Shown here: one piece after another, positions 1 through 8,606 of the stretch
How the letters are laid out: each line of letters opens with the position of its first letter
Numbering within the stretch: position 1 is the first letter of the stretch
Assembly (NCBI GenBank): GCA_030668875.1
Contig: DAOVER010000012.1
Location: forward strand, 43,356-75,355
Origin: Candidatus Heimdallarchaeota archaeon
GTDB taxonomy: Archaea; Asgardarchaeota; Heimdallarchaeia; Heimdallarchaeales; Heimdallarchaeaceae
Length of the DNA: 32,000 nucleotides
Direction of reading: 5' to 3'
Made by a program: the position numbers and the translations under genes
The notes under the pieces: model-generated
Databases searched by the model: none
What the model was told of the DNA's origin: nothing
What the model saw: only the letters and a program-made list of their open reading frames with translations

Positions 1-49
1 ACAACTCTCTACCTGAATGGTTAAAAAATTATTTTAAGGAAGTGCTTTA

Positions 50-1195
50 ATGAAAGAAAAAATAGAAAGAATTCAAAACGTTTTACGTGAACAAGAAATT
101 GATGGGTGGGCTGTTTTTTGTCATCATTCTTATGATATACATCTTAAATATCTACTAGAAAATTGGTTTTCTGGTCCTACACTAGTTCTCATAACTCAGG
201 AAGGAAAACCAAAAGTCATTGCCTCCAGAATGGAAGCAATGATGATTAATTCGGAAATCTATGATGTTATTGAATACAAAAAAGGGTCCGAATTGCAAGA
301 ATTGTTAGAAAATCAATTCAATTCAATTCCAAAAGAATCAAAGATAGCACTAAATTTTGTTGAAGAAGATGAAGTTTTCAAGAAGCTAAATTATGATATT
401 CTTACAAGTGGTTCATTTAAAGCTTTGACTTCCTTAAACAAAGAACTTGAATATGTTTCAGCAAAAAATCTTATTTTTGATATAAGAGCAGTTAAAACAA
501 AAAAAGAGATAGAAAACCATCAAGAAGCAGCTAGATTAGCTGAAGAACTTATGGAAGAAGTTGTTGAACCAAGCATTAAACCAGGCATGAGGGAAAAGGA
601 AATTAATGCACTTATAGAATATGAATGTAATAAACGAGGTGGTGTCGCTTTTGAAGCTATTGTAGCTTCAGGACCAAATGCAGCTATTCCACATCACACA
701 GCAGGAGAGAAGAAAATAGAAGAAAATGCTGTTTTGCTCATAGATTATGGTGTAGCATACAATCTTGCAAATTCAGACATAACACACACCTACTGGATAG
801 GTAAAAATCCTCCAGAAAAGATATTACAAGCATATGAGGCAGTTGATAAAGCAAAAGAAGCTGCTTTTAATAAAATAAAAGCGGGAGTTTTATCTTCAGA
901 TGTTGAAGATGTAGTTCGAGATAAGTTTGAAGAATTTGGATATGATCATGAAAAACTCTTCATTCATTCTACAGGACATTCGTTAGGTCTTGAAACACAT
1001 GACATCGGGATAGGAATATCAAAAGCTTCTCCTGACAGACCAAGTAAACAGCTTCTAGAAAACTCTGTTATAACAGTTGAACCTGGGTTATACTTTCCAG
1101 GAGAATTTGGAATAAGATTAGAAGATGATGTAGTTGTAAGGAAGGATGGGATTACTCGTTTATCATTTACCCCATCAGAAATGAAATGCCTTTGA
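50..1195 (+). CDS. Xaa-Pro aminopeptidase/prolidase (M24B family)
   Basis: Pita-bread domain metal ligands in IDYG, SDIT, HSTGHSLGLETHD, VEPGLY and RLEDD; creatinase-like N-terminal domain; GGAAG upstream of ATG. Confidence 0.92.
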   Translation: MKEKIERIQNVLREQEIDGWAVFCHHSYDIHLKYLLENWFSGPTLVLITQEGKPKVIASRMEAMMINSEIYDVIEYKKGSELQELLENQFNSIPKESKIALNFVEEDEVFKKLNYDILTSGSFKALTSLNKELEYVSAKNLIFDIRAVKTKKEIENHQEAARLAEELMEEVVEPSIKPGMREKEINALIEYECNKRGGVAFEAIVASGPNAAIPHHTAGEKKIEENAVLLIDYGVAYNLANSDITHTYWIGKNPPEKILQAYEAVDKAKEAAFNKIKAGVLSSDVEDVVRDKFEEFGYDHEKLFIHSTGHSLGLETHDIGIGISKASPDRPSKQLLENSVITVEPGLYFPGEFGIRLEDDVVVRKDGITRLSFTPSEMKCL

Positions 1196-1220
1196 TTTTA
1201 TTTATCCCTTTCTTTCTATT

Positions 1221-1769
1221 TCATTTAGGTATTGATGTCCCGCAAATTTCACAGGTAGAATATCCATGAGGTACTTCTGACCCACAGTTTTTGCAAAAAA
1301 CTCGCTCCTTCACTTGAGTTGTCGGTTGTAATGCATCTGTTATATCAGAAATTTCTATTTCTCCCTTTGCAGCTTTCCAAAGTTTAGGGCTTACAATTCG
1401 ACCAAGAAATGAACCAAAGAGGTTAGCACAAAGAGATAGAATTCCAATTAAGATATAAATAATTAGGGAGATAAAATAGTTCTCTGAGGTTTCTGACAGA
1501 CCGATTCCTTGTACTCCGTAAATAGTTAGAACTGACAACATAGTAGTACCCAGTATAATTACAATAATCAAACCTTCTGTTTTAAAGGCAAAAAAACCAA
1601 TTATCATTCCTGCTATTAAACTTGTGAAAATCAAAGCAATATATAGATCCCATTGATCGAACGATTGTATACTCATAGTAATAAAAAAAGAAAGGTAGGC
1701 CATTCCTGCACCTATGACAAGAGCTAGGAAGTCAAAACCTAATCTTTTCAGTTCATTATTTAGTCTCAC
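1221..1769 (-). CDS. Multi-pass membrane protein with C-terminal zinc ribbon
   Basis: About four hydrophobic segments, then CKNC-x10-CEIC at the C-terminus; GTG start. Confidence 0.75.
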   Translation of the reverse strand: MRLNNELKRLGFDFLALVIGAGMAYLSFFITMSIQSFDQWDLYIALIFTSLIAGMIIGFFAFKTEGLIIVIILGTTMLSVLTIYGVQGIGLSETSENYFISLIIYILIGILSLCANLFGSFLGRIVSPKLWKAAKGEIEISDITDALQPTTQVKERVFCKNCGSEVPHGYSTCEICGTSIPK

Positions 1770-1890
1770 TTGATATTCTATGTTCTCAAACTATATAATT
1801 ATTCTGACTTCTTTTGAGCAATTCCTCGTAATACTAGCGTGTGTTGACAATAATATTTCTGTTTAAGGAAACTTATAAGAATGCTTCATA

Positions 1891-1896
1891 AGGTGA
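1891..1896 (+). promoter_or_regulatory. Archaeal Shine-Dalgarno motif (AGGTGA) for the ArvA-like gene
   Basis: AGGTGA lies 5 nt before the TTG at 1902; a candidate TATA (CTTATAAG) is at about 1872-1879. Confidence 0.6.
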
Positions 1897-1901
1897 ATTG
1901 A

Positions 1902-2519
1902 TTGTCATGGAGATTGTGGCTAAAGTCAAAGCCAAAATCAGTTAATTTAGGGTTCTACGGAGAAGTAAACGCGGGAAAAACAACTCTCGCTAATAAAATT
2001 GGTTTGGATTGGGCGGAACAAGAAGTAGGCATAGTGAGTGAGATTCCCCATGAAACTAGAGACATTCAAAAGTTAGAAAAAGTGAATTTCTCTGCTAACG
2101 GGACTAAATTAGATTTAACTTTAATAGACATGCCTGGAATTGCTACTTCTGTTAATCCTAAGGAATTTATGAAACACGGTTTATCTGCAAGCGAAGCTAT
2201 GCAAAGAGCAAAGGAAGCAACTAGGGGAATTATTGAAGCGATAAAATATCTTGAACAAGTTGATGTAGCACTTGTAATAATTGATGCATCTAAATCACCA
2301 TTTGATCAAGTAAATTTCACAATTATAGGAAATCTAGAGCATCAGAAAAAACCATTCATTTTAGTACCAAACAAAATTGACTTGATAGAAGCTGATGTAA
2401 GACTTGTCAGAGATGCTTTTAGTCAGTATCCTGTTGTACCAGTTTCAGCAATTCAAGGTGATGGTATTGATGAACTTTATGATAAAATAGCAGAATTAGC
2501 TAAAAGGGTGAGGCGATAA
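1902..2519 (+). CDS. arvA: Archaeal Era-like small GTPase, ArvA/OapA family
   Basis: G1 GEVNAGKT, G2 IPHET, G3 DMPG, G4 NKID, G5 SAI. Family-typical stretches ANKIGLDW, RAKEATRGIIEAI, PFDQVN and ELYDKIAE closely resemble the haloarchaeal OapA/ArvA as I recall it. DUF2073 gene follows after 2 nt. Confidence 0.85.
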   Translation: MSWRLWLKSKPKSVNLGFYGEVNAGKTTLANKIGLDWAEQEVGIVSEIPHETRDIQKLEKVNFSANGTKLDLTLIDMPGIATSVNPKEFMKHGLSASEAMQRAKEATRGIIEAIKYLEQVDVALVIIDASKSPFDQVNFTIIGNLEHQKKPFILVPNKIDLIEADVRLVRDAFSQYPVVPVSAIQGDGIDELYDKIAELAKRVRR

Positions 2520-2521
2520 AC

Positions 2522-2872
2522 ATGAAGTATAGAGTAGATTTTGTTCCATATTCTGAAACTAATGATCTCACTGATGATGAAAAGATTCGTTACATTCTTT
2601 CTAAAGTTATGAGAAATACTATCCTTGTACTAGAAAATGGTTTGACACCTACAGAAGAAATGAATCTTATCAGCAAAACCATGGTGAAAATTAACTTCAA
2701 TGATTTTGTAGGTCTAAGGTTCTTCTCGTTTGATGGTGGAACTGATTTCAAACTTAACAAACTGTTTGGAAGAGGTTCAAAAAACAAGGTCTTTACTGTT
2801 GTAGCTCCTAATGAAGCTGTAACAGTTCAAAAGGACAAACGTGGCATATTGTCCATCCGAATTAATGATTAG
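2522..2872 (+). CDS. arvB: DUF2073 protein (ArvB/OapB family)
   Basis: EKIRYIL...ILVLENGLTPTEEMNLISKTM pattern matches DUF2073 (EKIRMIL...IVVLEEGLSPDEESKLIEVTM); conserved position directly after the GTPase. Confidence 0.82.
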   Translation: MKYRVDFVPYSETNDLTDDEKIRYILSKVMRNTILVLENGLTPTEEMNLISKTMVKINFNDFVGLRFFSFDGGTDFKLNKLFGRGSKNKVFTVVAPNEAVTVQKDKRGILSIRIND

Positions 2873-2879
2873 ATTTCAC

Positions 2880-3377
2880 CTATATCTTTCCCAAAATATC
2901 TAAAGCACTCTGAAAGGTTTCCTCTGTGGAAACATCGGATCGAACAGTAGAAACAATCTCAGGACCATACAGATTGAGCATATCTGTAAGGATTACTTCC
3001 ATAATTTCGGCTTCAATGTTCTCTTCAATCTTCGCCGCATTGTAACTTCTGTCCATCAACCTTTGGCGTAGAAGCCCTATGGAAGTCCTGAGAACTATAC
3101 ACAAAGCAACATAAGATGGAGGGATTTCTACTACATGTCCATCTAGGATAAGCGGTTTTGAGGAGGGATTTTCTTCAATCAATTCAATTAATCTTGCATT
3201 TAATAAATCATCATTTACTACATAACTATCTGTTTCTTCGTCAAAATAATCATACAATCTCTTCTCTTTTACGAGTTTTCCAACCTCGATAAAAGAGTAA
3301 CCTTCTTTTGAGAGGAGTTTGGAAAGTGTTGTCTTACCTGTTCCGGGAGTTCCAGTAATAATAACTGCCTGTTTCAT
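2880..3377 (-). CDS. Adenylate kinase, AK6/Fap7 (hCINAP) family
   Basis: P-loop GTPGTGKT, hhhDxH motif LILDGH, and R-x-Y-xxxK-xxEN-xxAEI lid. Start moved to the ATG at 3377 (MKQAV). Confidence 0.88.
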   Translation of the reverse strand: MKQAVIITGTPGTGKTTLSKLLSKEGYSFIEVGKLVKEKRLYDYFDEETDSYVVNDDLLNARLIELIEENPSSKPLILDGHVVEIPPSYVALCIVLRTSIGLLRQRLMDRSYNAAKIEENIEAEIMEVILTDMLNLYGPEIVSTVRSDVSTEETFQSALDILGKI

Positions 3378-3470
3378 TGAAAAATTCTTACTGAAAAAGA
3401 ATAAAAGCATTCTGTAACAGGAACAGAATCAAAAAAGGAGTTGGAGATAAGTGAAAAACTTACCCAAATT

Positions 3471-4199
3471 TTATTTCAAAGCTTCATCGGAAAGTTTGCT
3501 CTTTCCTCTGAAAACTTTTATTATATTCATCTTCTTTGCTTCACCGGATTTTATTTTTCTGAAATTGTCCCCTTGTCGGGATAGCATGATTATTGTTATA
3601 CCAAAAAGCAATACAGCTAGACCTAGGTTGCATTGAGCATAACCCATTAACATCACAGAAGGCAAGAATAAAGCTATTACACCAACCAAAAACGTAACGA
3701 CAATATAGGTTATTGATGAATACCCCACAATTGTTATGATTATTGGCCAGAGAAGAATCCAGAATCCTAGGAGGATAGGATTCGCAAATGCCATAGATGC
3801 AATGACTACTGTGATACCCTTTCCACCATGTGAGAAGAGATAAAGGGGCCAGTTATGTCCAAGAATTGCACCAATTCCGGTCAAAGCCAAAGCAAAACAA
3901 GCTAATGTATCATTGAACCAAGGTGATATTAATTCAGTGTTTGAAAAATAATATTTCCATGTAAGGATGTAAGGGACAGCCATAGCTGTTAGAGATCTAG
4001 ACACATCGAGAAAACCGGCAAATATTGCCCAAGGTGTCGACTTAGTTGCACGATAAACATTTCTACCTCCAACGTTACCTGAACCAATTTCTCTTAGATC
4101 TTCACCAGTTTTTAATTTAGTGACAATCCAACTGAAAGGGATAGAACCAAAGAGATATGAGCTGATAAATACTAGAATATATACGATTGAAATGTGCAT
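3471..4199 (-). CDS. plsY: PlsY-family glycerol-3-phosphate acyltransferase homolog
   Basis: SYLFGSIPF, GSGNVGGRNVYR, LD, GHNWP and GGKG motifs in a multi-TM protein. Start moved to the ATG at 4199 (MHISIV). The motif-3 His appears replaced by Gln. Confidence 0.85.
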   Translation of the reverse strand: MHISIVYILVFISSYLFGSIPFSWIVTKLKTGEDLREIGSGNVGGRNVYRATKSTPWAIFAGFLDVSRSLTAMAVPYILTWKYYFSNTELISPWFNDTLACFALALTGIGAILGHNWPLYLFSHGGKGITVVIASMAFANPILLGFWILLWPIIITIVGYSSITYIVVTFLVGVIALFLPSVMLMGYAQCNLGLAVLLFGITIIMLSRQGDNFRKIKSGEAKKMNIIKVFRGKSKLSDEALK

Positions 4200-4305
4200 G
4201 TTCCTTGATACTCGGCAGTTCAATAAAAAATTTTTGCAGGTGGAATGTCTCAAAATCCTTTCAAGAAACAAATTTTTTAAACTGCTAGTTACCAAAATAA
4301 CTATA

Positions 4306-5685
4306 ATGTGCCCTGAAATTTCAAGACATATTTTTAGAGCTTATGACATAAGAGGGTTGTACAACATAGATATAACTCCTCCAATTATGTACGAAATTGG
4401 TTTAGCATTTGGATCCTATGTTAAAGAAGTACTCAATGGGTCGGAAATAGCAGTGGGGTGTGATATCCGTCAATCAAGTGTTCCTCTAGTTCACTCCTTC
4501 ATATCTGGAGTTACAACTGTAGGAATTCATGTTACTTTTGCCAGTACAACTGCTTTTGGGCAAGCATTGTTTGCCGGATGGTCTCTGAATAAAACAGCTA
4601 TCGCATTTATAACTGCAAGCCATTTACCTCCCGAATGGAATGGGATAAAATTCTATCACGCAGATGGGGTTGGTTTCTCTGAAGAGGAACTAATGAAGAT
4701 AAGAGATCGTGCAATTAGCAAAACATTCTCCATAAAAGGTTGGCAAGAAACAGGACAATTAGATAATTATGATGTAACTAATGCTTATTTAGAATTTTTT
4801 GAGAATAAATTCAGTTTCTCAAAGAAACTAAAAGTTGCCTTAGACTGTGGAGGTGGTAGCATGACGCTCTCAGCGCCAGAAGTTTTTTCACGCCTTAATT
4901 TAGAAGTTGTTCCAATTTATTGTACTCCCGACCCACTCTTCTCTGGAAGACCATCAGATCCAAAACCTGAGAATCTGACTAAGATAATGGAAGCTGTTAA
5001 AGAACAATCTTGTGATTTTGGTGTTGCATTTGATGGAGATGGAGATAGAGCTGTTATTATAGACAATAAAGGGAAAGTACTCTCTGCAGATGAAACAGGG
5101 ATTATAATAGGTACGTATGGTTTAGAACAGAAAAATAGTACGATTATAGTTAATGTTGAGTGCTCTAAGGCGGTTAAAGAACAACTTGAACCCTTAGGGT
5201 ATAAAATCAAACAAATTCCTGTAGGGCACACCTACCTTACTATAGAGGCAAAACAAGAGAAAGCTCCCCTAGGTCTAGAATCGAGTGGTCACATTATTAT
5301 CCCAGAATACTTCTTGTTTGATGATGCCATGGTTACTCCACTTAAGATTGCAGAAATACTTAATAACATAGAATCGAGACTCTCAGATTTAGTAGAAAAA
5401 ATTCCTATCTATCCTATGAAAAAAGTGGAAATAGACTGCGAGGATAGACTCAAATTCGATGTTGTTGAAGCATTCAAAATAGAAGTTGAAAAAGAATATG
5501 AAGAAGTAAACACCCTAGATGGGGTTAGAATTGAGTTGAAAGAAGGATGGGTACTAATTCGTCCATCAAACACATCTCCAATAATAAGAATGACAATCGA
5601 AGCTAATAATGAACAGGAAATAGAGTCAATTCAGAATAAATTTGAGGATAGATTAAAATCTCTAATTGACAAAGCATCTAAATAA
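4306..5685 (+). CDS. Phosphomannomutase/phosphoglucomutase (alpha-D-phosphohexomutase)
   Basis: IFRAYDIRG, ITASHLPPEWNGIK (catalytic Ser), DGDGDR metal loop, ESSGH, DGVR and RPSNTSP. Start moved to the ATG at 4306. Confidence 0.93.
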   Translation: MCPEISRHIFRAYDIRGLYNIDITPPIMYEIGLAFGSYVKEVLNGSEIAVGCDIRQSSVPLVHSFISGVTTVGIHVTFASTTAFGQALFAGWSLNKTAIAFITASHLPPEWNGIKFYHADGVGFSEEELMKIRDRAISKTFSIKGWQETGQLDNYDVTNAYLEFFENKFSFSKKLKVALDCGGGSMTLSAPEVFSRLNLEVVPIYCTPDPLFSGRPSDPKPENLTKIMEAVKEQSCDFGVAFDGDGDRAVIIDNKGKVLSADETGIIIGTYGLEQKNSTIIVNVECSKAVKEQLEPLGYKIKQIPVGHTYLTIEAKQEKAPLGLESSGHIIIPEYFLFDDAMVTPLKIAEILNNIESRLSDLVEKIPIYPMKKVEIDCEDRLKFDVVEAFKIEVEKEYEEVNTLDGVRIELKEGWVLIRPSNTSPIIRMTIEANNEQEIESIQNKFEDRLKSLIDKASK

Positions 5686-5694
5686 AGTGGTAAA

Positions 5695-6441
5695 ATGAAA
5701 AAGTCTCTCCCTGAGTTTTATTGTCCATATTCGGATAAGTGTCATCAATGTTGTCTTGACACAGAAATGACACTTTCAGAAGAGGATATAACAAGAATAC
5801 ATACGTTGGGATATGAAATTGAAGAGTTTCTGGAAGAGAAAGAAGGTTTCATGACATTGCGAAATATTGACAACCATTGTATTTTCTTAAAAAATAAAAG
5901 ATGTTCGATTTATGAGAATCGCCCCCAAGGATGTAGATTTTATCCACTTATTTACGACTTTGATATTGAAGATTTTGTAATTGATAACTTGTGTGATCAC
6001 CATGAGGACTTTGATTTAGAAATTTATCGACCTCTATTCGATTCTGTTCAAGTTTTTGTTTACAATTTAATAAGTGAAAGAGACATAAGAATGAGAAAAA
6101 CTATGGAAGAGGAAAGTAAGGCTGAAGTTAAAGAGTCAAAGGAAGCACCTGAAAACCCATTAGCAAAAGAAGTTATTGGAATTGAAAGTGACAAAGAAAA
6201 AATCGAGAGTCTGTTAGCACAAGCGATTGATGATACTAAAGATGAGAATGTAGAAAATTTGGAGGAAGCTTTGAAATCTGAGATGAAGGAAATTGAAGAA
6301 GAAATTGAGGAATTAGAGAGAGGGATACAATCAGACATAGATTCTGCAGAAGAGTATGTAAAAATTACCGAGAAGAGCATAAAATCTGAAATAGAGGAGC
6401 TAGAAAAGAGAAGAAGAAAAGCTGAAGAAGATGATGATTAA
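5695..6441 (+). CDS. YkgJ/CxxCxxCC cysteine-cluster protein with acidic coiled-coil tail
   Basis: CHQCC, CIFL, CSIYENRPQGCRFYP and a later C; Glu/Lys-rich C-terminal half; 9 nt after the phosphohexomutase gene. Confidence 0.8.
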   Translation: MKKSLPEFYCPYSDKCHQCCLDTEMTLSEEDITRIHTLGYEIEEFLEEKEGFMTLRNIDNHCIFLKNKRCSIYENRPQGCRFYPLIYDFDIEDFVIDNLCDHHEDFDLEIYRPLFDSVQVFVYNLISERDIRMRKTMEEESKAEVKESKEAPENPLAKEVIGIESDKEKIESLLAQAIDDTKDENVENLEEALKSEMKEIEEEIEELERGIQSDIDSAEEYVKITEKSIKSEIEELEKRRRKAEEDDD

Positions 6442-6461
6442 TAGCATTATTAGAGTATCAA

Positions 6462-7559
6462 TTATTCTCTGAATCTACCTTCGAACTTCTTCAATACATC
6501 TGGTAAAGTGGTGTATTCCATTTCACTAAGAGGGAGTCTTCCAGGCTCAAATGGACCATGTCTTCTCATATATTCAGCAATCTCATTGCATTTTTCACGT
6601 GTCGAATCGAATGATAGATCATCGAAAAGATCAACTGCACCTATAATTTTTCCATTTTTCAGCTGAAATCCTAAACCAACTACACGAGGTGGTCCGTCAA
6701 AACGTACACACTGACTATATTCTAAAGGAACTGGCATTAAAGGACCTCTATGAGACCCTCTCATCCATCCTGATACTAAATGACCAAGTGTAAATGCTTC
6801 TACTATCTCTCCTACTGCTGGAAAACCACTTTGACTTCTAACAATGGCAACAGGATCATCTTTTCCAACATACTTACCTGCAATTAAAGCTAGTTTATCA
6901 GTTGAAATAGATGCAGCAATCCCTAATTCAGGATTTTTACTATAAACATGTTTTATAACATATTTACTTGGGGCCCCTACAAGAGCTAAGAGATCATACA
7001 TCTCATTTGGACAACTCAAGTCGAGGAATTTATTTTTGAAAACATCCATTACTGAAAAATTAAAACCATCATGCAATTTTGGATCGATAATCAAACCAGC
7101 TGTATTGAACGGATTTGCAAACATCTGGAATATGGGATAATTAAACGCACCTGGTTCAGTTTTATCCATAGCAAAAACTAAAATCGGCTCAGCAGGTCTC
7201 TCCTCAATCTCCATTTCAGCACAACCTGGCCCCATTCCTTTGACATTTCCAGAAAATGTGTCTTTTAGTAAATCTTGTCCTGCACCATATAAACCGATAT
7301 TTCTTGCTTCAGTACCAAGTTTCATAAAAGTGTCCCAAGCTAATTTGTGTATTTCTGCATTGTCAACACCTTTGTTATGGGTCATTAGAAGTTCAGTATC
7401 ATCTCCAGCATTAAAAACCAAAAAATCCGTAATAGTATTTTCATCTTTTGCTTTTTCCATCAGTTCTTCCGCTAAAGTCATCAAAGGTTCATACACAGTT
7501 ACATGACCTGGACTTGAACCAATATCAGCCTTGATTAAACTTATTGTTGTTTTCACCAA
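6462..7559 (-). CDS. fbp: Bifunctional fructose-1,6-bisphosphate aldolase/phosphatase (class V FBPase)
   Basis: IKADIG, GDD, GLYGAGQDLLKDTFSGNVKGMGPG, DKTEPGAFN, YVGKDDP (Schiff-base Tyr/Lys), GWMRGSH, DGPPRV, HGPFEP and EMEYTTLP; TTG start with AGGTGA at 7566-7571. Confidence 0.96.
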   Translation of the reverse strand: MVKTTISLIKADIGSSPGHVTVYEPLMTLAEELMEKAKDENTITDFLVFNAGDDTELLMTHNKGVDNAEIHKLAWDTFMKLGTEARNIGLYGAGQDLLKDTFSGNVKGMGPGCAEMEIEERPAEPILVFAMDKTEPGAFNYPIFQMFANPFNTAGLIIDPKLHDGFNFSVMDVFKNKFLDLSCPNEMYDLLALVGAPSKYVIKHVYSKNPELGIAASISTDKLALIAGKYVGKDDPVAIVRSQSGFPAVGEIVEAFTLGHLVSGWMRGSHRGPLMPVPLEYSQCVRFDGPPRVVGLGFQLKNGKIIGAVDLFDDLSFDSTREKCNEIAEYMRRHGPFEPGRLPLSEMEYTTLPDVLKKFEGRFRE

Positions 7560-7677
7560 ATATAATCACCTAATAAAATAATACGGGTTGCTAATACATA
7601 TTATATGAATCTAATTTAAATCTTTGCCTTTTGAGTATTTAAAAAAGTAAATATGAAGAGAAAAAAGAGTATAGAAT

Positions 7678-8595
7678 TTAAAGTTGTTCAATTTTGAACC
7701 AAAGCTCAATAAGATCTTTTGAGCCACCCACGAATCCAACTCGTTGATGGAGATAGTGCATCCGGGTTAATTTTTTAACATCAAGGGGGTTAATGTTTTC
7801 ATATTTTATTTCATGTCCATCTGCAGTAATATAGAAACCATCACCATTAACCTTTGATAGAATGTAGAGATAAGGTATTATCTCATAGACGAATCTAAGT
7901 TTAGGAGCAAAATAACCAAAAACACCTGTTTTCTCGAAAACGTTATTCATGTCTTGTACCATGCAACCTCCATACCTGTTTTTACCTTTAATATCTAAAG
8001 CATCTACGAAGAGTTTTTGCTTTGCTGAATGATTATTGTATTTACCCCCTAGACCAAAAACAGGATTTTTACTTGGACTTATATCTAAGGAATCTCGAAT
8101 AACGCGGAAGGATTCACCATCATGAACAAATTGTATAAAACCTAGTTCAGTAGCCAAATCGAATCGTAAGTAAAGTGTATAACTTACAGTTAAGGCAGCG
8201 ACAGTATAACCGTCTTTATTGATAACGTTTACAATTGCTCCAGGACTTCTAGTTCTTATAATTGAAGAACCATCGATAAAATCCCCAAGTATAATATAAT
8301 TCCCCGTCCCTTCCATAATATTTTTTTCATCGGTTTCTTCACCCAGTAGTAAGGAATAAAGATGATTTGGCATTCTTTGTAGGAAAAGTTCGTGTGTTGC
8401 GATATCAAGGCTAAGTTGTTCATCCCCAGAAACATTGATAATTCCTGAATAATCATTTTCACCTAATAAGAAAGTCAGAATCTGTTTTGGGACATCTAAA
8501 CTTATAGTTATAAGTTCTCTGAGTAAATCACTTAATTCTTTTGATTCAAGTGCGTCCAGATAAGAGTCCAAAGTAGGATATTTTGTTATTGACAT
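7678..8595 (-). CDS. Fructose-1,6-bisphosphatase class I (divergent)
   Basis: GDEQLSLD, GEE, DFIDGSS (variant of DPLDGSS), RYGGCMVQD and KLRFVYE. Confidence 0.8.
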   Translation of the reverse strand: MSITKYPTLDSYLDALESKELSDLLRELITISLDVPKQILTFLLGENDYSGIINVSGDEQLSLDIATHELFLQRMPNHLYSLLLGEETDEKNIMEGTGNYIILGDFIDGSSIIRTRSPGAIVNVINKDGYTVAALTVSYTLYLRFDLATELGFIQFVHDGESFRVIRDSLDISPSKNPVFGLGGKYNNHSAKQKLFVDALDIKGKNRYGGCMVQDMNNVFEKTGVFGYFAPKLRFVYEIIPYLYILSKVNGDGFYITADGHEIKYENINPLDVKKLTRMHYLHQRVGFVGGSKDLIELWFKIEQL

Positions 8596-8606
8596 ATAGT
8601 CAGATC

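Noticed and set aside
1770-1901. Replication origin next to oapAB, as in haloarchaea
   Set aside because: No cdc6/orc1 gene, no ORB-like G-string repeats, and no long AT-rich unwinding element here.
4120-4295. Apparent 176-bp head-to-head overlap of plsY and the phosphohexomutase ORFs
   Set aside because: Both N-terminal extensions are non-homologous; starts at 4199 (-) and 4306 (+) leave a normal 106-bp divergent gap.
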